DNA of 64,000 bases from Candidatus Babeliales bacterium (GCA_963701665.1 OY969622.1:768001-832000); one strand, 5' to 3'. Shown: positions 1 through 11,300, counted from the first letter of the stretch. Notes: a model not told the origin generated them from the sequence alone. Program-made: numbers and translations.

Positions 1-399
1 CTTAGTAGTTGGTTCTTGTAATCTACAGCGCGAGTCATATTTAAAATAACTTTCACCATCAGCGGCAGTAGCTTGCACCGGGCAATAACAACGATAGGCT
101 TTCCCATTTTGGACCAATGTTTCAATCATTCTTTTATGTTCAGCAAGAAATTCTGATTGAATGTGCAACGGTTCATCGCTCATAATGTCAGTCCATTGTA
201 AAGAATCAATGATTGATCGCACATATTCAGCTTTTGATCGTGCAAAGTCAGTATCCTCAATGCGAATTACAAAAGAGCCTTTATTATGGCGTGCAAAGAG
301 AAAGTTAAACAAAGCCGTACGCAATCCACCAATATGCAAATGTCCCGTAGGCGAGGGCGCAAAACGCACGCGTATAGATGATGATGCTGAAATACTCAT
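1..399 (-). CDS. gltX: glutamate--tRNA ligase (5' part; runs off window start)
   Basis: Manual translation from ATG at 399: MSISASSSIRVRFAPSPTGHLHIGGLRTALFNFLFARHNKGSFVIRIEDTD (RFAPSPTG plus HIGH-type motif). Confidence 0.93.
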   Translation of the reverse strand, partial: MSISASSSIRVRFAPSPTGHLHIGGLRTALFNFLFARHNKGSFVIRIEDTDFARSKAEYVRSIIDSLQWTDIMSDEPLHIQSEFLAEHKRMIETLVQNGKAYRCYCPVQATAADGESYFKYDSRCRLQEPTTK

Positions 400-406
400 G
401 AATTCC

Positions 407-1075
407 TTAAACGCGCTCTATTGCTTGTAATTTTTCTTGCGCAAGTGCAGCCCAAGGTGACGTTGCTTGACCACCTTCGGGGAATGAAACGACTAGATTA
501 TGAAAAATTTCTTTTGCGCGAGCAAAATCACTGAGGTTTTCATAATAGGTTGCTAAATAAAAAAGCGCTTGATCTCTATTTTTATTTTTTGTGTTCATCG
601 CCAATGCTTCTAAATCCCGTAGCCCAGTATTTTTTACGGTGTCATCTGTGCTATCCATTTTGATCGCCGCAGATTCGATCGCATAAAGATAATATAATGG
701 CGAACTTTTTGAAATTGAACTCAATACACGGTCCAAAGTCGTTATCGCTTCTGCCGACTTTCCTTCTGCAACGAGCGATTGCGCTTCAATAGCAAGAAAA
801 TAGGGCGCAAGTGATGAATTACTATGTTGACGATATCCCGTAACACTAGCAAGATTCACATTAGGCCATTGCGTCTCATCGTGAACCGCATTTTTTAATT
901 CTTCCAAACAAGTACTCAATGCCGCTTGAGCTGCTTCTTCCTGGTGCACACGATATAACCAATACCCATAGCCTGCTGCAACGGCACCGGCGATTAAAGC
1001 TACAGCAAATAGGGATTCTTTGACATGTTTTTTTACATAATCTTGTATAGAATTTACTGAAATGAATGAGAGCAT
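407..1075 (-). CDS. membrane-anchored TPR protein (YfgM-like)
   Basis: N-terminal TM helix ending GYGYWLY; helical TPR-like repeats (ALFYLATYY...AKEIFHNLV...SPWAALAQEKL). Confidence 0.65.
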   Translation of the reverse strand: MLSFISVNSIQDYVKKHVKESLFAVALIAGAVAAGYGYWLYRVHQEEAAQAALSTCLEELKNAVHDETQWPNVNLASVTGYRQHSNSSLAPYFLAIEAQSLVAEGKSAEAITTLDRVLSSISKSSPLYYLYAIESAAIKMDSTDDTVKNTGLRDLEALAMNTKNKNRDQALFYLATYYENLSDFARAKEIFHNLVVSFPEGGQATSPWAALAQEKLQAIERV

Positions 1076-1152
1076 AATGAATATTTCTCCTTGCTATAAA
1101 TGTTCAATGTTACCAAACCTTAGCATACTCCGCTAAAAACTCAAGTTGGATG

Positions 1153-2208
1153 CTAGACGAGCGTTAGATCACGAGAGGTGCTTGATCGCGCCACAGAATG
1201 AGCAGCTAGACGTTCGGCGAGTGATGTATTAAAAGTCTCTAAGATTTTTTTCTGAACCACACTGTGTGCATAAAGAATGGCATTTTCTATTGCCTGTTCA
1301 TTTGAGCACCCGTGAGCAACTATGAGCGGTTTTTGAAGTCCCAAAAGTAATGCCCCACCATGTTTGCGATAATCAATTTTATGTCTTAAGGGCTTCATGA
1401 GAGATTTTGAAAGGTAACCAATCAAAAGACCATACCATGAGGTCGAATAAGCTTGCTTGATCCAATCAAAAATCGCTTGACCAGTACCCTGAATTGATTT
1501 TAAGAGAATATTACCGACAAAACCATCACATACCACGACATCGGCTAATCCATTAAAGAGAGCACGCGATTCTAAATTGCCTATGAAATTCAATAAAGGT
1601 GTTTCCTGAAGCAAATCATACGCAGCTTTTACTGCCTGACTTCCTTTATATGGTTCCTCCCCATTAGCTAGAAGTGCTACCCGAGGATGCCGGCATGAAG
1701 TTGTTTGTTGCACAAAAAGACTGCCCATAAGGGCAAATTGACGTAGATGTTCGGCTTTGCAATCAGTGTTGGCCCCAACATCAATAACAAAGATAGGATC
1801 TTTTTTTGTGGGTAAAAATGTACCGAGAGCAGGTCTTAAAAGCCCCGCTATCCTACCCAAAACCATAATGCCACCAACGAGAGCCGCACCTGAATTTCCT
1901 GCCGAGACAACCGCTTGCGCTGTACCTTCAGAAGCTGCATGTAACGCGCGAAAGAGTGATGAATCTTTTTTTCTAAGCAAATCTCTTGTAGGCTCGTCGC
2001 CCATATCCACCACCGTTGTACAGTCAACAATAGAAATAGGCAGTTTGGCCCAGTTTTGATCACAATCAGATAAGATTCCTTCTATGACATCCTGGTAACC
2101 AAACAGCGTAACTGCGATCGAGCCGGAAGAATTTTTCACTGCATTGAAGGCCCCTTGAACGGCAACTTTAGGAGCAAAATCACCACCCATAGCATCAACA
2201 GCGATCAT
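1153..2208 (-). CDS. plsX: phosphate acyltransferase PlsX
   Basis: IAVDAMGGDFAP, VSAGNSGA, DVGAN, DVVVCDGFVGNI motifs; directly downstream of rpmF. Confidence 0.97.
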   Translation of the reverse strand: MIAVDAMGGDFAPKVAVQGAFNAVKNSSGSIAVTLFGYQDVIEGILSDCDQNWAKLPISIVDCTTVVDMGDEPTRDLLRKKDSSLFRALHAASEGTAQAVVSAGNSGAALVGGIMVLGRIAGLLRPALGTFLPTKKDPIFVIDVGANTDCKAEHLRQFALMGSLFVQQTTSCRHPRVALLANGEEPYKGSQAVKAAYDLLQETPLLNFIGNLESRALFNGLADVVVCDGFVGNILLKSIQGTGQAIFDWIKQAYSTSWYGLLIGYLSKSLMKPLRHKIDYRKHGGALLLGLQKPLIVAHGCSNEQAIENAILYAHSVVQKKILETFNTSLAERLAAHSVARSSTSRDLTLV

Positions 2209-2211
2209 ATC

Positions 2212-2478
2212 TTATTCTTCAGATTTTGTATCGATAGGTGCTTCTTTAGCTGCTTTTGCTGAACGAACTTGATGAGTTTCGGCACGCTTAAGACCACGTT
2301 CAACTTTAGTTTCAAGTACCTTTGCTCCTTTATAAAAACCACAGCTTTTGCAAGCTTGATGAGGCGCTAGGGCTGCTTTGCATTGAGCACAGCTGGTAAA
2401 AGCTTGGACTTTGAGACCTTTATTGGCAAATCTTTTATCTCTGCGGGCTTTCGACCGCTTCCGTTTTGGTACTGGCAT
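2212..2478 (-). CDS. rpmF: 50S ribosomal protein L32
   Basis: MPVPKRKRSKARRDKR; CxxC...PHxxCxxCGFYKG. Confidence 0.96.
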   Translation of the reverse strand: MPVPKRKRSKARRDKRFANKGLKVQAFTSCAQCKAALAPHQACKSCGFYKGAKVLETKVERGLKRAETHQVRSAKAAKEAPIDTKSEE

Positions 2479-2615
2479 ACGTAAATACTCCGAAATAACA
2501 CGAATAAAAAAAGGCTTTTAAGCCATAAATTTTACTGTTTACTTTAGCAGATTTGGCAAAAAAGACAATTTTTAGCCATTAAAAAAGATCGAATAATCTT
2601 CTTATCAGGGCTTAA

Positions 2616-3032
2616 CTAGCCTATTTTTGTAGATAATCTAATAAGCGATGTATGGAGGTTTTTTAGTGCTTTGGTAAGACGCTTCGCTTTAATGCGCGCC
2701 TCCCGTTCTCTCATTCCTCTCGCTATTGGTTCCGTTGTTGCAGCAATACGCTTCCTCGCCGCTCTATGTTCCATTTCAAGTTCAGCTCTTTCTTCTAATT
2801 CTTTTCGCCTGGTCTGTTCTCTGCGCAATAACCGCTCCTCGTCCATTAATTGTCCAGGTAAAACCCCATTCATCTGCTCTGATATGCCTTCTATTTCTCC
2901 CAACCTTCTAGTAATTTGATCATTGGGCCAGTTCTTAATTTTTTCTATGAACGGCGCCCCCATACTGAATAAATGAGAAAAGAATGCACACATAATCATA
3001 AAAAATAATTTTTTAACATTCTGCTTCATCAA
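2616..3032 (-). CDS. hypothetical exported coiled-coil protein
   Basis: Signal-peptide-like N-terminus, RBS aggagg, charged helical body. Confidence 0.6.
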   Translation of the reverse strand: MMKQNVKKLFFMIMCAFFSHLFSMGAPFIEKIKNWPNDQITRRLGEIEGISEQMNGVLPGQLMDEERLLRREQTRRKELEERAELEMEHRAARKRIAATTEPIARGMREREARIKAKRLTKALKNLHTSLIRLSTKIG

Positions 3033-3061
3033 GCCCTCCTTAAAATGAGTCCATTTAATTT

Positions 3062-3958
3062 TTATAAGCTATTGGCTATATGTAATAAGCTGATATTTAA
3101 TTGTTGCAGTGCTTTTTTTAACTGCTCTTCTTTTTCTCGTTGTATTACCAGTTCTTTTCTAATTCGTCCGGGAGATTTTAATGATGGCGATACTTTGGTA
3201 GCTCCTGGTTTTCTTAATGGTTTTAAAGGCTCGTGAATAATTTTTTCGCCGGGGGCTAATATTAACAATTCTTCTTGAGTTTTTGGCTTGCGTTCTTTCT
3301 CTATACGTCTGGCTTCATGTTTAGCCTTTAAGAGTCTTTTTCGCTCTTCTAATTTTTTTCTTACTTCTTCCATAGTAAGCTTTTTAGGTTCCGCTTTTGG
3401 CTCTTCAGGCAATTCTAGAAGAAGCTTTTCCTGTTCTGCTCTGAGTCTTTCCTCGCGAGCTTTTATATTTTTTTGTTTTGTCATTCCCATTTCAAGGAAA
3501 CCACCTGCACTCGCTTGATATAATCTTCTATAAGGAGCATTTTCAGGTTCTTGAAATGCAAATCCACCAGGTCCCTGCTTTGTCTTCTCTAGTTGAACAT
3601 TCAATTTTTCTAGTTGCGCATTCAATTTTTGCTTAGTTTCATAAATTTGATCGCCTTCACTAATCAATTCATCAAATCTTTTTTTATCTTCCGCGTGAGC
3701 AAAAACACCATATTTTTTTTGATAATCAGCCAAACGAGTGAATTCTGCTGTAATTTCAGAATATCTTTCTTCTAAACTTTCATATTTTTTCTCCAAATCT
3801 CTTATTTTTTTTTCAACCCTTTGTTGATACGTTAGTGCTATTGTTGGTCTTGGTTTTTTTTGTGAAGGCACAAAGCTTCTTGAAACAACACTACAATCAG
3901 TTTCCAAAGAACTTAGTAAAGTAACCATGAAAATTATAAGGGAAAGAGTCAACTTCAT
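3062..3958 (-). CDS. hypothetical exported coiled-coil protein
   Basis: MKLTLSLIIF signal-like start; K/E-rich heptads; 298-aa ORF. Confidence 0.65.
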   Translation of the reverse strand: MKLTLSLIIFMVTLLSSLETDCSVVSRSFVPSQKKPRPTIALTYQQRVEKKIRDLEKKYESLEERYSEITAEFTRLADYQKKYGVFAHAEDKKRFDELISEGDQIYETKQKLNAQLEKLNVQLEKTKQGPGGFAFQEPENAPYRRLYQASAGGFLEMGMTKQKNIKAREERLRAEQEKLLLELPEEPKAEPKKLTMEEVRKKLEERKRLLKAKHEARRIEKERKPKTQEELLILAPGEKIIHEPLKPLRKPGATKVSPSLKSPGRIRKELVIQREKEEQLKKALQQLNISLLHIANSL

Positions 3959-4027
3959 TTTATAACCTTTTTTTTAATGCACATTATCAGCAATAACAGT
4001 AAAAAAAGGCGATTAGAAAAGTCAATA

Positions 4028-5149
4028 TTAGGAAGATCGTTGCCACATGCCCATGAAATTTTGCGTAACTTTTCCAGCAAGTTGCAAATCAAATAATTGC
4101 GTTTGCAATTCTAAAAGAGAAAGGCCCGTTTTTTGTTCAAGTTCATCGATAGAGACAGGATATTTACATAAGTGAAGCAGTTGAGGGTTTTTATCAGACA
4201 CGTGCATTTGTGCACTCGTTTCATCTTCTTGAACGCGTGTATCATCATCCGCTCGTTCCGCACTCTGATATCCGCACTCGCGTAAAATATCGGTTGCACT
4301 CGTTGCGACATGAGCACCTTGGCGCATCAGTTCATGACAACCCGCGCTCAACGGATCATCAAAAAGTCCAGGAACGGCAAAAACTTCTTTGCCTTGTTCA
4401 AGCGCATGCGATGCCGTAATTAAGGAGCCGCTTTTTGATGCAGCTTGCACAACAACGCACGCTTTGCTTAATCCCGCAATGATACGGTTTCGTGCAGGAA
4501 AATTAGCCGGTAGGGGATACATGTTCATAGGATAGGAAGTAACGAGCGTACCACCATGTTCAATAATAGAAGAAAATAAGCGTACGTTTTGCACCGGATA
4601 AAGATTGTTAAAACCCGCGCCTAATACAACAACAGTTTTGCCGCGTGCATTAAGAGCAGCTTGATGCGCAAAAGTATCAATGCCGCGCGCACCACCACTC
4701 ACGATGGTAATGCCGCACTCGACTAATGGGGGAATAAATGTATCAACACACGTTTTTCCATATGAAGTTGCCTTGCGTGCGCCCACAAAAGCAATACTTT
4801 CAGCGTGATCTGATAAAGGAGTACCTTTTACATACAACACCGCAGGCGGAACATGAATAGAACGGAGCATCGCTGGGTAGGCATCATCTACAAACATAAC
4901 TATGCTCACTCGTTCTTTCTGGATTAATGTTAATTCTTGATCAAGCTTTGCACGATCAAGCAATCCTTCCACAATGAGATGTGCACTTTTTTCAGCGATA
5001 CCACACCGATGCATAAGATCTGTAACTGAAAAATTGTACACTTCAGCAAGAGTATCGTGAGGAATTTTTTCCAGAATGCGATTGATCAGTGCAGGACCAA
5101 CATTATCGATTAATGAGAGGTGCAGTATAAAATCGTGAATGTTCATCAT
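4028..5149 (-). CDS. dprA: DNA-processing protein DprA
   Basis: VGARKAT.YG, IVSGGARGID, FPARNRIIAGLS, SGSLITA, VFAVPG motifs; C-terminal winged helix. Confidence 0.96.
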   Translation of the reverse strand: MMNIHDFILHLSLIDNVGPALINRILEKIPHDTLAEVYNFSVTDLMHRCGIAEKSAHLIVEGLLDRAKLDQELTLIQKERVSIVMFVDDAYPAMLRSIHVPPAVLYVKGTPLSDHAESIAFVGARKATSYGKTCVDTFIPPLVECGITIVSGGARGIDTFAHQAALNARGKTVVVLGAGFNNLYPVQNVRLFSSIIEHGGTLVTSYPMNMYPLPANFPARNRIIAGLSKACVVVQAASKSGSLITASHALEQGKEVFAVPGLFDDPLSAGCHELMRQGAHVATSATDILRECGYQSAERADDDTRVQEDETSAQMHVSDKNPQLLHLCKYPVSIDELEQKTGLSLLELQTQLFDLQLAGKVTQNFMGMWQRSS

Positions 5150-7756
5150 TAGATAAAGTCTAAGCTATCATCCTCTTTGCTAGAATCCGAAGATGGTACA
5201 TCATTCTGTTCCTCTTGCCCAATGAAAATAAAATGCGAATCTTCAAACCCAGAAGCTTTGATCGGCGTATTCTTAGGCGCTTTTGGTGCGTTTGCATTTT
5301 CTTCATGATCAACTGTTGGTTCTTCAAAAGAAACAACTGCCGATAATCTTTGATCTTCATTTAAGCGAATGAGACGCACACCTTGTGCTTGACGGCCCAT
5401 AGTACGAATTTCTGTTGGTGAAAGACGAATAATTTTTCCGGTGGTATCAATAAGCAACACATTTGAACTATCGGTGACAACGGTCAAGCCAATGACATTA
5501 CCATTACGCTCGGTCGTTGGGATAGTGCGTACGCCATAGCCACCGCGATGCGCCACGCGGAAATCATCAGCTTTCACGCGTTTACCATACCCTCGTTCTG
5601 TTGCAAATAAGATATCATTATCATCGTGAATAACTTCCATACCCACCACAAAATCTTTTGATTTCAAGCGAATACCCATCACGCCAGAGGCTTGGCGGCC
5701 CATTTGCCGCACTTCAGTTTCTTTGAAGCGAATTCCTTGGCCTTTTGCTGTTGCAATAACAATTGAATCATTGCCTGAACTGAGTGCACAGAAGACTAAA
5801 TGATCATTGTCACGCAAATTAATTGCACGAATACCTGAGCTTCTAATTTTTGCAAATGCCATTGCATCCGTACGCTTAATAATACCTTCTCGCGTTAACA
5901 ATACTAACGATTTGCCTTCCAAATCACGTGCAGGCAATAATTTTACCACTGTTTCATCCGGCGCTAATGGCAATAAATTAACTATAGCGCGGCCTTTTGC
6001 AATACGAGATCCTTCAGGAACTTCAAACACATTTAAACTATACACGCGGCCTAAATTGGTGAAGAACAGAAGTTCATCATGGGTTTTTGCAACAAAAATA
6101 TCTTGAATTAAATCACCTGATTCATCGAGTGCCGTCATACCCATCTTCCCGCTTCCACCACGATGTTGTACGCCATACGTTCCCAGCGGCACGCGTTTGA
6201 TATAGCCTTTGCTTGTGAGGGTAACGACCACTTCTTCATCAGGAATTAAATCTGCTTCAGTCAGAATATCAATTGGCCCTTCAATTTTGGTGCGACGAGC
6301 ATCAGCATATTCACTTTTAATGGCGATTAATTCTGCTTTTACTTCAGTACGCAAAATAGTTCTATCGGCAAGAATTGATTTATAATATTGAATCGTTTTT
6401 TTCAACTCTTCCATTTCAGTGTAAATTTTTTCTTGCTCCATCCCCGTCAAACGTTGTAAACGCAATTCAAGAATCGCTTTACCTTGTTCAAGTGTTAGTA
6501 AGAAGCGTTTATTAAGGTGAGCAATGGCTTCTTCGGCAGAACGCGACTGTTTGATCAACGCAATAACTTCATCAATATTATTCAAAGCAATGATAAAACC
6601 AGCAAGAATATGCTCGCGCATTTCTGCTTTTTTAAGATCATACACCGTACGCTTATAAATAATCTCATGACGATGTACTAAGAATTCATGCAATAATTGA
6701 CGTAGGGTAAAAACAGATGGCTTATTATCGAGCAACGCTAGCATCAAAATCGATATCGTTGATTGCAAGGAGGTGTATTTAAATAACTGATTGAGCACCA
6801 CGTGATGGAATTTCACCACGTTTGAGTTCAATAACTAAACGCATACCCTTTTTATCAGATTCATCACGAATATTTGAAATACCTTCAATAATCTTATTCT
6901 TTACTAAATCAGCAATTTTAATTGCTAACTCAGCTTTATTAACTTGGAATGGTAATTCAGTGACAATGAGTGCGGAGCCTTTTTTTGTTTCTTCAGTTTC
7001 AACCACACCGCGCAAAATAAGATTCCCTCGTCCCGTTTTATACGCGCGCACAATGCCCGCTCGTCCGCAAATAATGCCACCCGTTGGAAAATCTGGCGCG
7101 GGAATGAGTTGAAAGAGAGCCTCGTCATCGATTGTTTCATTATCAAGATATGCAAGACACGCATCGATAATTTCGCCTAAATTGTGCGGTGGCACGGCGG
7201 TTGCCATACCAACAGCAATACCAGCAGTACCGTTCACTAATAAATTGGGTAATCTGCTTGGCAAAATAACTGGCTCAACGGTTGAATCATCAAAGTTAGG
7301 CACAAAATCAACCGTCTCTTTATCAAGATCAGCTAAAATTTCGCTGGCAATTTTTGCCATACGCACTTCGGTATAACGCATTGCTGCTGCATTATCGCCA
7401 TCGACCGAACCCCAGTTACCTTGACCATCCAGCAATGGATATCGTTTTGAAAAATTTTGGACAAGCCCAACCATACTATTGTAGACAGCCTGATCGCCAT
7501 GCGGATGGTATTTACCAAGAACATCACCCACAACACGCACCGATTTGTGATAGGGCTTATTGTGATAGAAACCAAGTTGTGCCATGGTATAAAGAATACG
7601 CCGATGCACGGGTTTCAACCCGTCACGCACATCAGGTATTGCACGACTGACTATAACCGACATGGCATAATCAAGAAACGACGTCTTTAATTCTTCTTCA
7701 ATAAGAACCGGCTTAATGCCTAACTTTGAAACTTTTTCTTGAGTATCACTTGCCAT
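5149..7756 (-). CDS. gyrA: DNA gyrase subunit A, split by one extra base near 6805
   Basis: ORF 6779..7756 ([24 protein letters not shown]) and ORF 5149..6831 (GyrA-box QHRGGSG, beta-pinwheel repeats) join into 868 aa if one base at 6805/6806 is removed. Confidence 0.95.
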
Positions 7757-8071
7757 TGAAGGTGACCTTTCGTCAGAATCAAATTTAATTTTTATTTGTT
7801 ACAAAAAGTATAACGAAAATTGTTTTTTTAACAAGGATGGGAGAAGTACATTGGTTTTAAATTAATTGATCTAAGTTAGTCAAGGAATGCAAAAAAAATA
7901 TTAAAATAAAATTGTCTGGTAGCACGAAAAATACTTACTTGTTTTTTCTATATTTTCTATAGGGTATCTCTAAAAGAAGTATCGCGATTGTAACGCTCAG
8001 TAAAATTACTGAGCCAATAAGAGAGTACCAAAAATAGGCTTTGAGAAAAGAAAAAAAAGTCCATTATTTTT

Positions 8072-8269
8072 TTATTTCTTTTTATTTTTATAGTGCATCA
8101 AGGCTTTTTCAAAAAATAAGCTAAAAATAGGCACAAGAATTCCAACTATGACTCCATAGGCCATTGCATGAAAAATAGTAAAATCTTTACAATATTTACT
8201 TAACAACCCTGCACCAAGGCCAACAAGTGCTCCAGAAAGCAATGTACGAATAAAGATTGTAGTATTCAT
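8072..8269 (-). CDS. small two-TM membrane protein
   Basis: 65 aa, two hydrophobic helices, basic tail, purine-rich RBS upstream. Confidence 0.5.
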   Translation of the reverse strand: MNTTIFIRTLLSGALVGLGAGLLSKYCKDFTIFHAMAYGVIVGILVPIFSLFFEKALMHYKNKKK

Positions 8270-8384
8270 ATAAACGGTTCCTTTCCCCCCCGAATTTTAT
8301 TAATTTTTCAAATTTTGCTATGCTATATAGTATCATTTTTACTAGAAAAGATAAACTATATAAACTAAGCCGATCACACAATTC

Positions 8385-10208
8385 ATGGATCCAAAAAAGC
8401 AAAAATTACAGGATTTTACTCCTGATAAAATCAGAAATTTCTCAATTATAGCCCATATTGATCATGGTAAATCAACCTTGGCAGACCGCCTTCTTGAAGT
8501 CACAGGCACCTTAACTGATAGAAAACGCCACGAGCAATTTCTTGATAAGTTACAGGTAGAAAAAGAACGCGGCATCACGGTGAAGGCGCAGACTGCCTCC
8601 ATGTTTTATGAATATAAAGGGCAAACCTATTTATTAAATCTTATTGATACTCCAGGTCATGTGGATTTTAGTTATGAGGTTTCGCGCTCGCTCTATGCCT
8701 GCCAAGGTGCCTTATTGCTCGTCGATGCTTCTCAGGGCGTACAAGCGCAAACCATGGCGAATTTTTACCTAGCTTTTGATCAAGATCTAACGATCGTACC
8801 CGTCATTAATAAAATCGATATGGCTGCTGCTAACCCTGAAAAAGTTGCTAGTGAGCTAAAAACTTTATTTGATATTCAACCACAGGAAAACGTTCTTGCC
8901 TCAGCAAAAAATGGTATTGGTATTGATACAATTTTAGAAGCCATTATTACGCGCATGCCTGCACCAAAATCACAAACAGATGCCCCCCTGAAAGCACTGC
9001 TTTTTGATTCCTGGTTCAATGACTATAAAGGGGTAATTTGTTTAATTGCGATCAAAGATGGCTGCATAGCAAAGGGTGATCAAATAACGTTGGCTCAAAC
9101 GGGACAATCCTATGAAGTCCTCGAACTTGGGCTCATGTATCCTGATGAAACACCGATGGATGCTTTATATGCGGGACAAGTTGGTTATCTCATTGCGGGA
9201 ATGAAAACCGTTAAAGAAGCGCGTGTCGGTGATACGCTCTACCACACAAAAGATCCCGTAACCCCGTTTCCAGGATTCAAACCCTCAAAGCCTATGGTTT
9301 TTGCAGGAATTTTCCCCCTCGACACCTCAGAATTTGATGTATTACGTGACGCGATTGAAAAATTAACGCTCAATGATGCGAGTGTAACGGTTGAAAAAGA
9401 AACATCAGTTTCTCTCGGCCTTGGATTTCGATGCGGCTTTTTAGGCTTATTGCACTTGGATGTTTTCAAGCAACGTTTAGAGCAAGAATATAACGTTACT
9501 GCCATTATTACACCTCCGAGCGTGTTATATCGTGTCAAAATGAAATACACCGGTGACATGGTCGATATTGAAAGCCCCGCTGATTTTCCTGAAGCACAAA
9601 AAATTGATGAAATTTTAGAGCCTATGATTAATGCCACTATTATTTTACCAAAACAGTATTTGGGAAATATTCTCAAGTTATGCCAAGATAAACGTGGTAA
9701 ACAAATAGAGATGAACTTTTTAAATGAAGATCGTTTGATTTTGCGCTATAAATTTCCCTTGAATGAAGTTGCTACCGATTTTTATGATAGCTTAAAATCA
9801 CTGAGCTCTGGATACGCTAGCTTTGATTATGAAGAAGCTGATTTTGAAGTAGCTGATCTAGTAAAAATGGATATCTTGATTAATGGACGTCCTGTTGATG
9901 CATTAGCCGTTATCGTTCACAACGATAATGCCTATTATCTTGGTAGAGATTTTGTTGCACGCTTGAGAAAATTAATTCCTCGACAGATGTTTGAAGTTGC
10001 GATACAAGCAGCTTTAGGCTCAAAAGTCATCGCACGTGAAACTATACAAGCGTTTCGCAAAGACGTTATTGCAAAATGTTATGGCGGTGACATAACACGA
10101 AAACGTAAATTGCTTGAAAAGCAAAAAGAAGGTAAAAAGAAGATGAAACAAGTCGGAAATGTTGAAATTCCGCAAGAAGCATTTTTTGCCGTTCTTAAAA
10201 AAGAATAA
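8385..10208 (+). CDS. lepA: elongation factor 4 (LepA)
   Basis: IRNFSIIAHIDHGKSTLADR, LIDTPGHVDF, KCYGGDITRKRKLLEKQKEGKKKMK. Confidence 0.98.
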   Translation: MDPKKQKLQDFTPDKIRNFSIIAHIDHGKSTLADRLLEVTGTLTDRKRHEQFLDKLQVEKERGITVKAQTASMFYEYKGQTYLLNLIDTPGHVDFSYEVSRSLYACQGALLLVDASQGVQAQTMANFYLAFDQDLTIVPVINKIDMAAANPEKVASELKTLFDIQPQENVLASAKNGIGIDTILEAIITRMPAPKSQTDAPLKALLFDSWFNDYKGVICLIAIKDGCIAKGDQITLAQTGQSYEVLELGLMYPDETPMDALYAGQVGYLIAGMKTVKEARVGDTLYHTKDPVTPFPGFKPSKPMVFAGIFPLDTSEFDVLRDAIEKLTLNDASVTVEKETSVSLGLGFRCGFLGLLHLDVFKQRLEQEYNVTAIITPPSVLYRVKMKYTGDMVDIESPADFPEAQKIDEILEPMINATIILPKQYLGNILKLCQDKRGKQIEMNFLNEDRLILRYKFPLNEVATDFYDSLKSLSSGYASFDYEEADFEVADLVKMDILINGRPVDALAVIVHNDNAYYLGRDFVARLRKLIPRQMFEVAIQAALGSKVIARETIQAFRKDVIAKCYGGDITRKRKLLEKQKEGKKKMKQVGNVEIPQEAFFAVLKKE

Positions 10209-10220
10209 AAAAGGGAATTT

Positions 10221-11300
10221 ATGACTGAGCAAACTATTAATCAAGAAGTTTTTTCTGGTAACGTCTTTATTTTTCAGGCTTTTGATGTTGGCGAAGATGT
10301 CAATTTAGATCGTATCAGGCAGTCACATTCAGTCATTACGCGTCCTCTTTCCTTATCAAAATACTTTAAAAATTATCACACGCCATTGCCGATTGATTTA
10401 CCACATCCTCATGCAAGCTCACGGTGCATCAGTGCCAACATTCACAGTTTCGGCGTAATTTCATTAGTATATAAAATTCCTTTCAAAGACACCCTCGAGC
10501 AGTTGCGAAAAGGATTCAACACGCTTGATGCTGAATTCCAAGAGCAAGGTGTCATTGATGCTGGATCAATTTTCAAAGCTATTCATGGCGATATTAAACA
10601 GCCTCGTTTTTTCCATTTACGGACCTCATATGTTGTTATCCAAGTTGATTCTCAGCCATCGTTATCAACCGTGACGCTAAAAGATGCTTACGGTAGTACT
10701 ATCGCATCCCTTTTGCGTTTTGAAACAGAAAATTTAAGTGAATATCAAAAAAATGAGATTCTTGATTCAGCTATTGGTTATTATCGAGGTGATTTATTTA
10801 TTGTCGATACCCAAGCAGCATTCGTCTATGACGAAGAATACGGTGAGATTTTAGACCTTTTTGAATTTGCTAATATTCAACAATTAGAATTACAATACTT
10901 CGATCGAATGCTCGATCAACAACTGAATGTTGTCTATCAACGTGAAGTGCGTGCCTTACCATTTAAAGCATACATGCCTTTCATTGGTTCAATGTCAAAA
11001 GATCTTGTTGGTTCATTAAACAATTTAAAGGTTGATATTTCAGTCATCATAGAACGGCTAGAAAGTAGTATTAAGTTGGCGGGTGAAGAATATATTTCCG
11101 AATTATATGCTTTACTCGTTGATCGTTTGGACATTGATAACTGGAAAGCATCTGTCGACGATAAATTGAAAATCATTCAAGACATTAACTCTGTCTATCA
11201 AGCAAAAATTGACACAATTCGCGAAGATTCTCTCTCCGTGCTCATTATTCTTCTTATTTTTATTGAACTTGTCGTTGGTATTTTAAATTATTTTAAATAA
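10221..11300 (+). CDS. conserved hypothetical protein with C-terminal TM helix (RMD1/DUF155-like)
   Basis: 359 aa; FDVG.. start, LFEFANIQQLELQYFD, ends VLIILLIFIELVVGIL. Confidence 0.5.
   Translation: MTEQTINQEVFSGNVFIFQAFDVGEDVNLDRIRQSHSVITRPLSLSKYFKNYHTPLPIDLPHPHASSRCISANIHSFGVISLVYKIPFKDTLEQLRKGFNTLDAEFQEQGVIDAGSIFKAIHGDIKQPRFFHLRTSYVVIQVDSQPSLSTVTLKDAYGSTIASLLRFETENLSEYQKNEILDSAIGYYRGDLFIVDTQAAFVYDEEYGEILDLFEFANIQQLELQYFDRMLDQQLNVVYQREVRALPFKAYMPFIGSMSKDLVGSLNNLKVDISVIIERLESSIKLAGEEYISELYALLVDRLDIDNWKASVDDKLKIIQDINSVYQAKIDTIREDSLSVLIILLIFIELVVGILNYFK

Noticed and set aside
7996..8015. Hairpin GCTCAGTAA/TTACTGAGC upstream of gyrA as a regulatory RNA
   Set aside because: Single short hairpin with no other support; could be a simple terminator or operator
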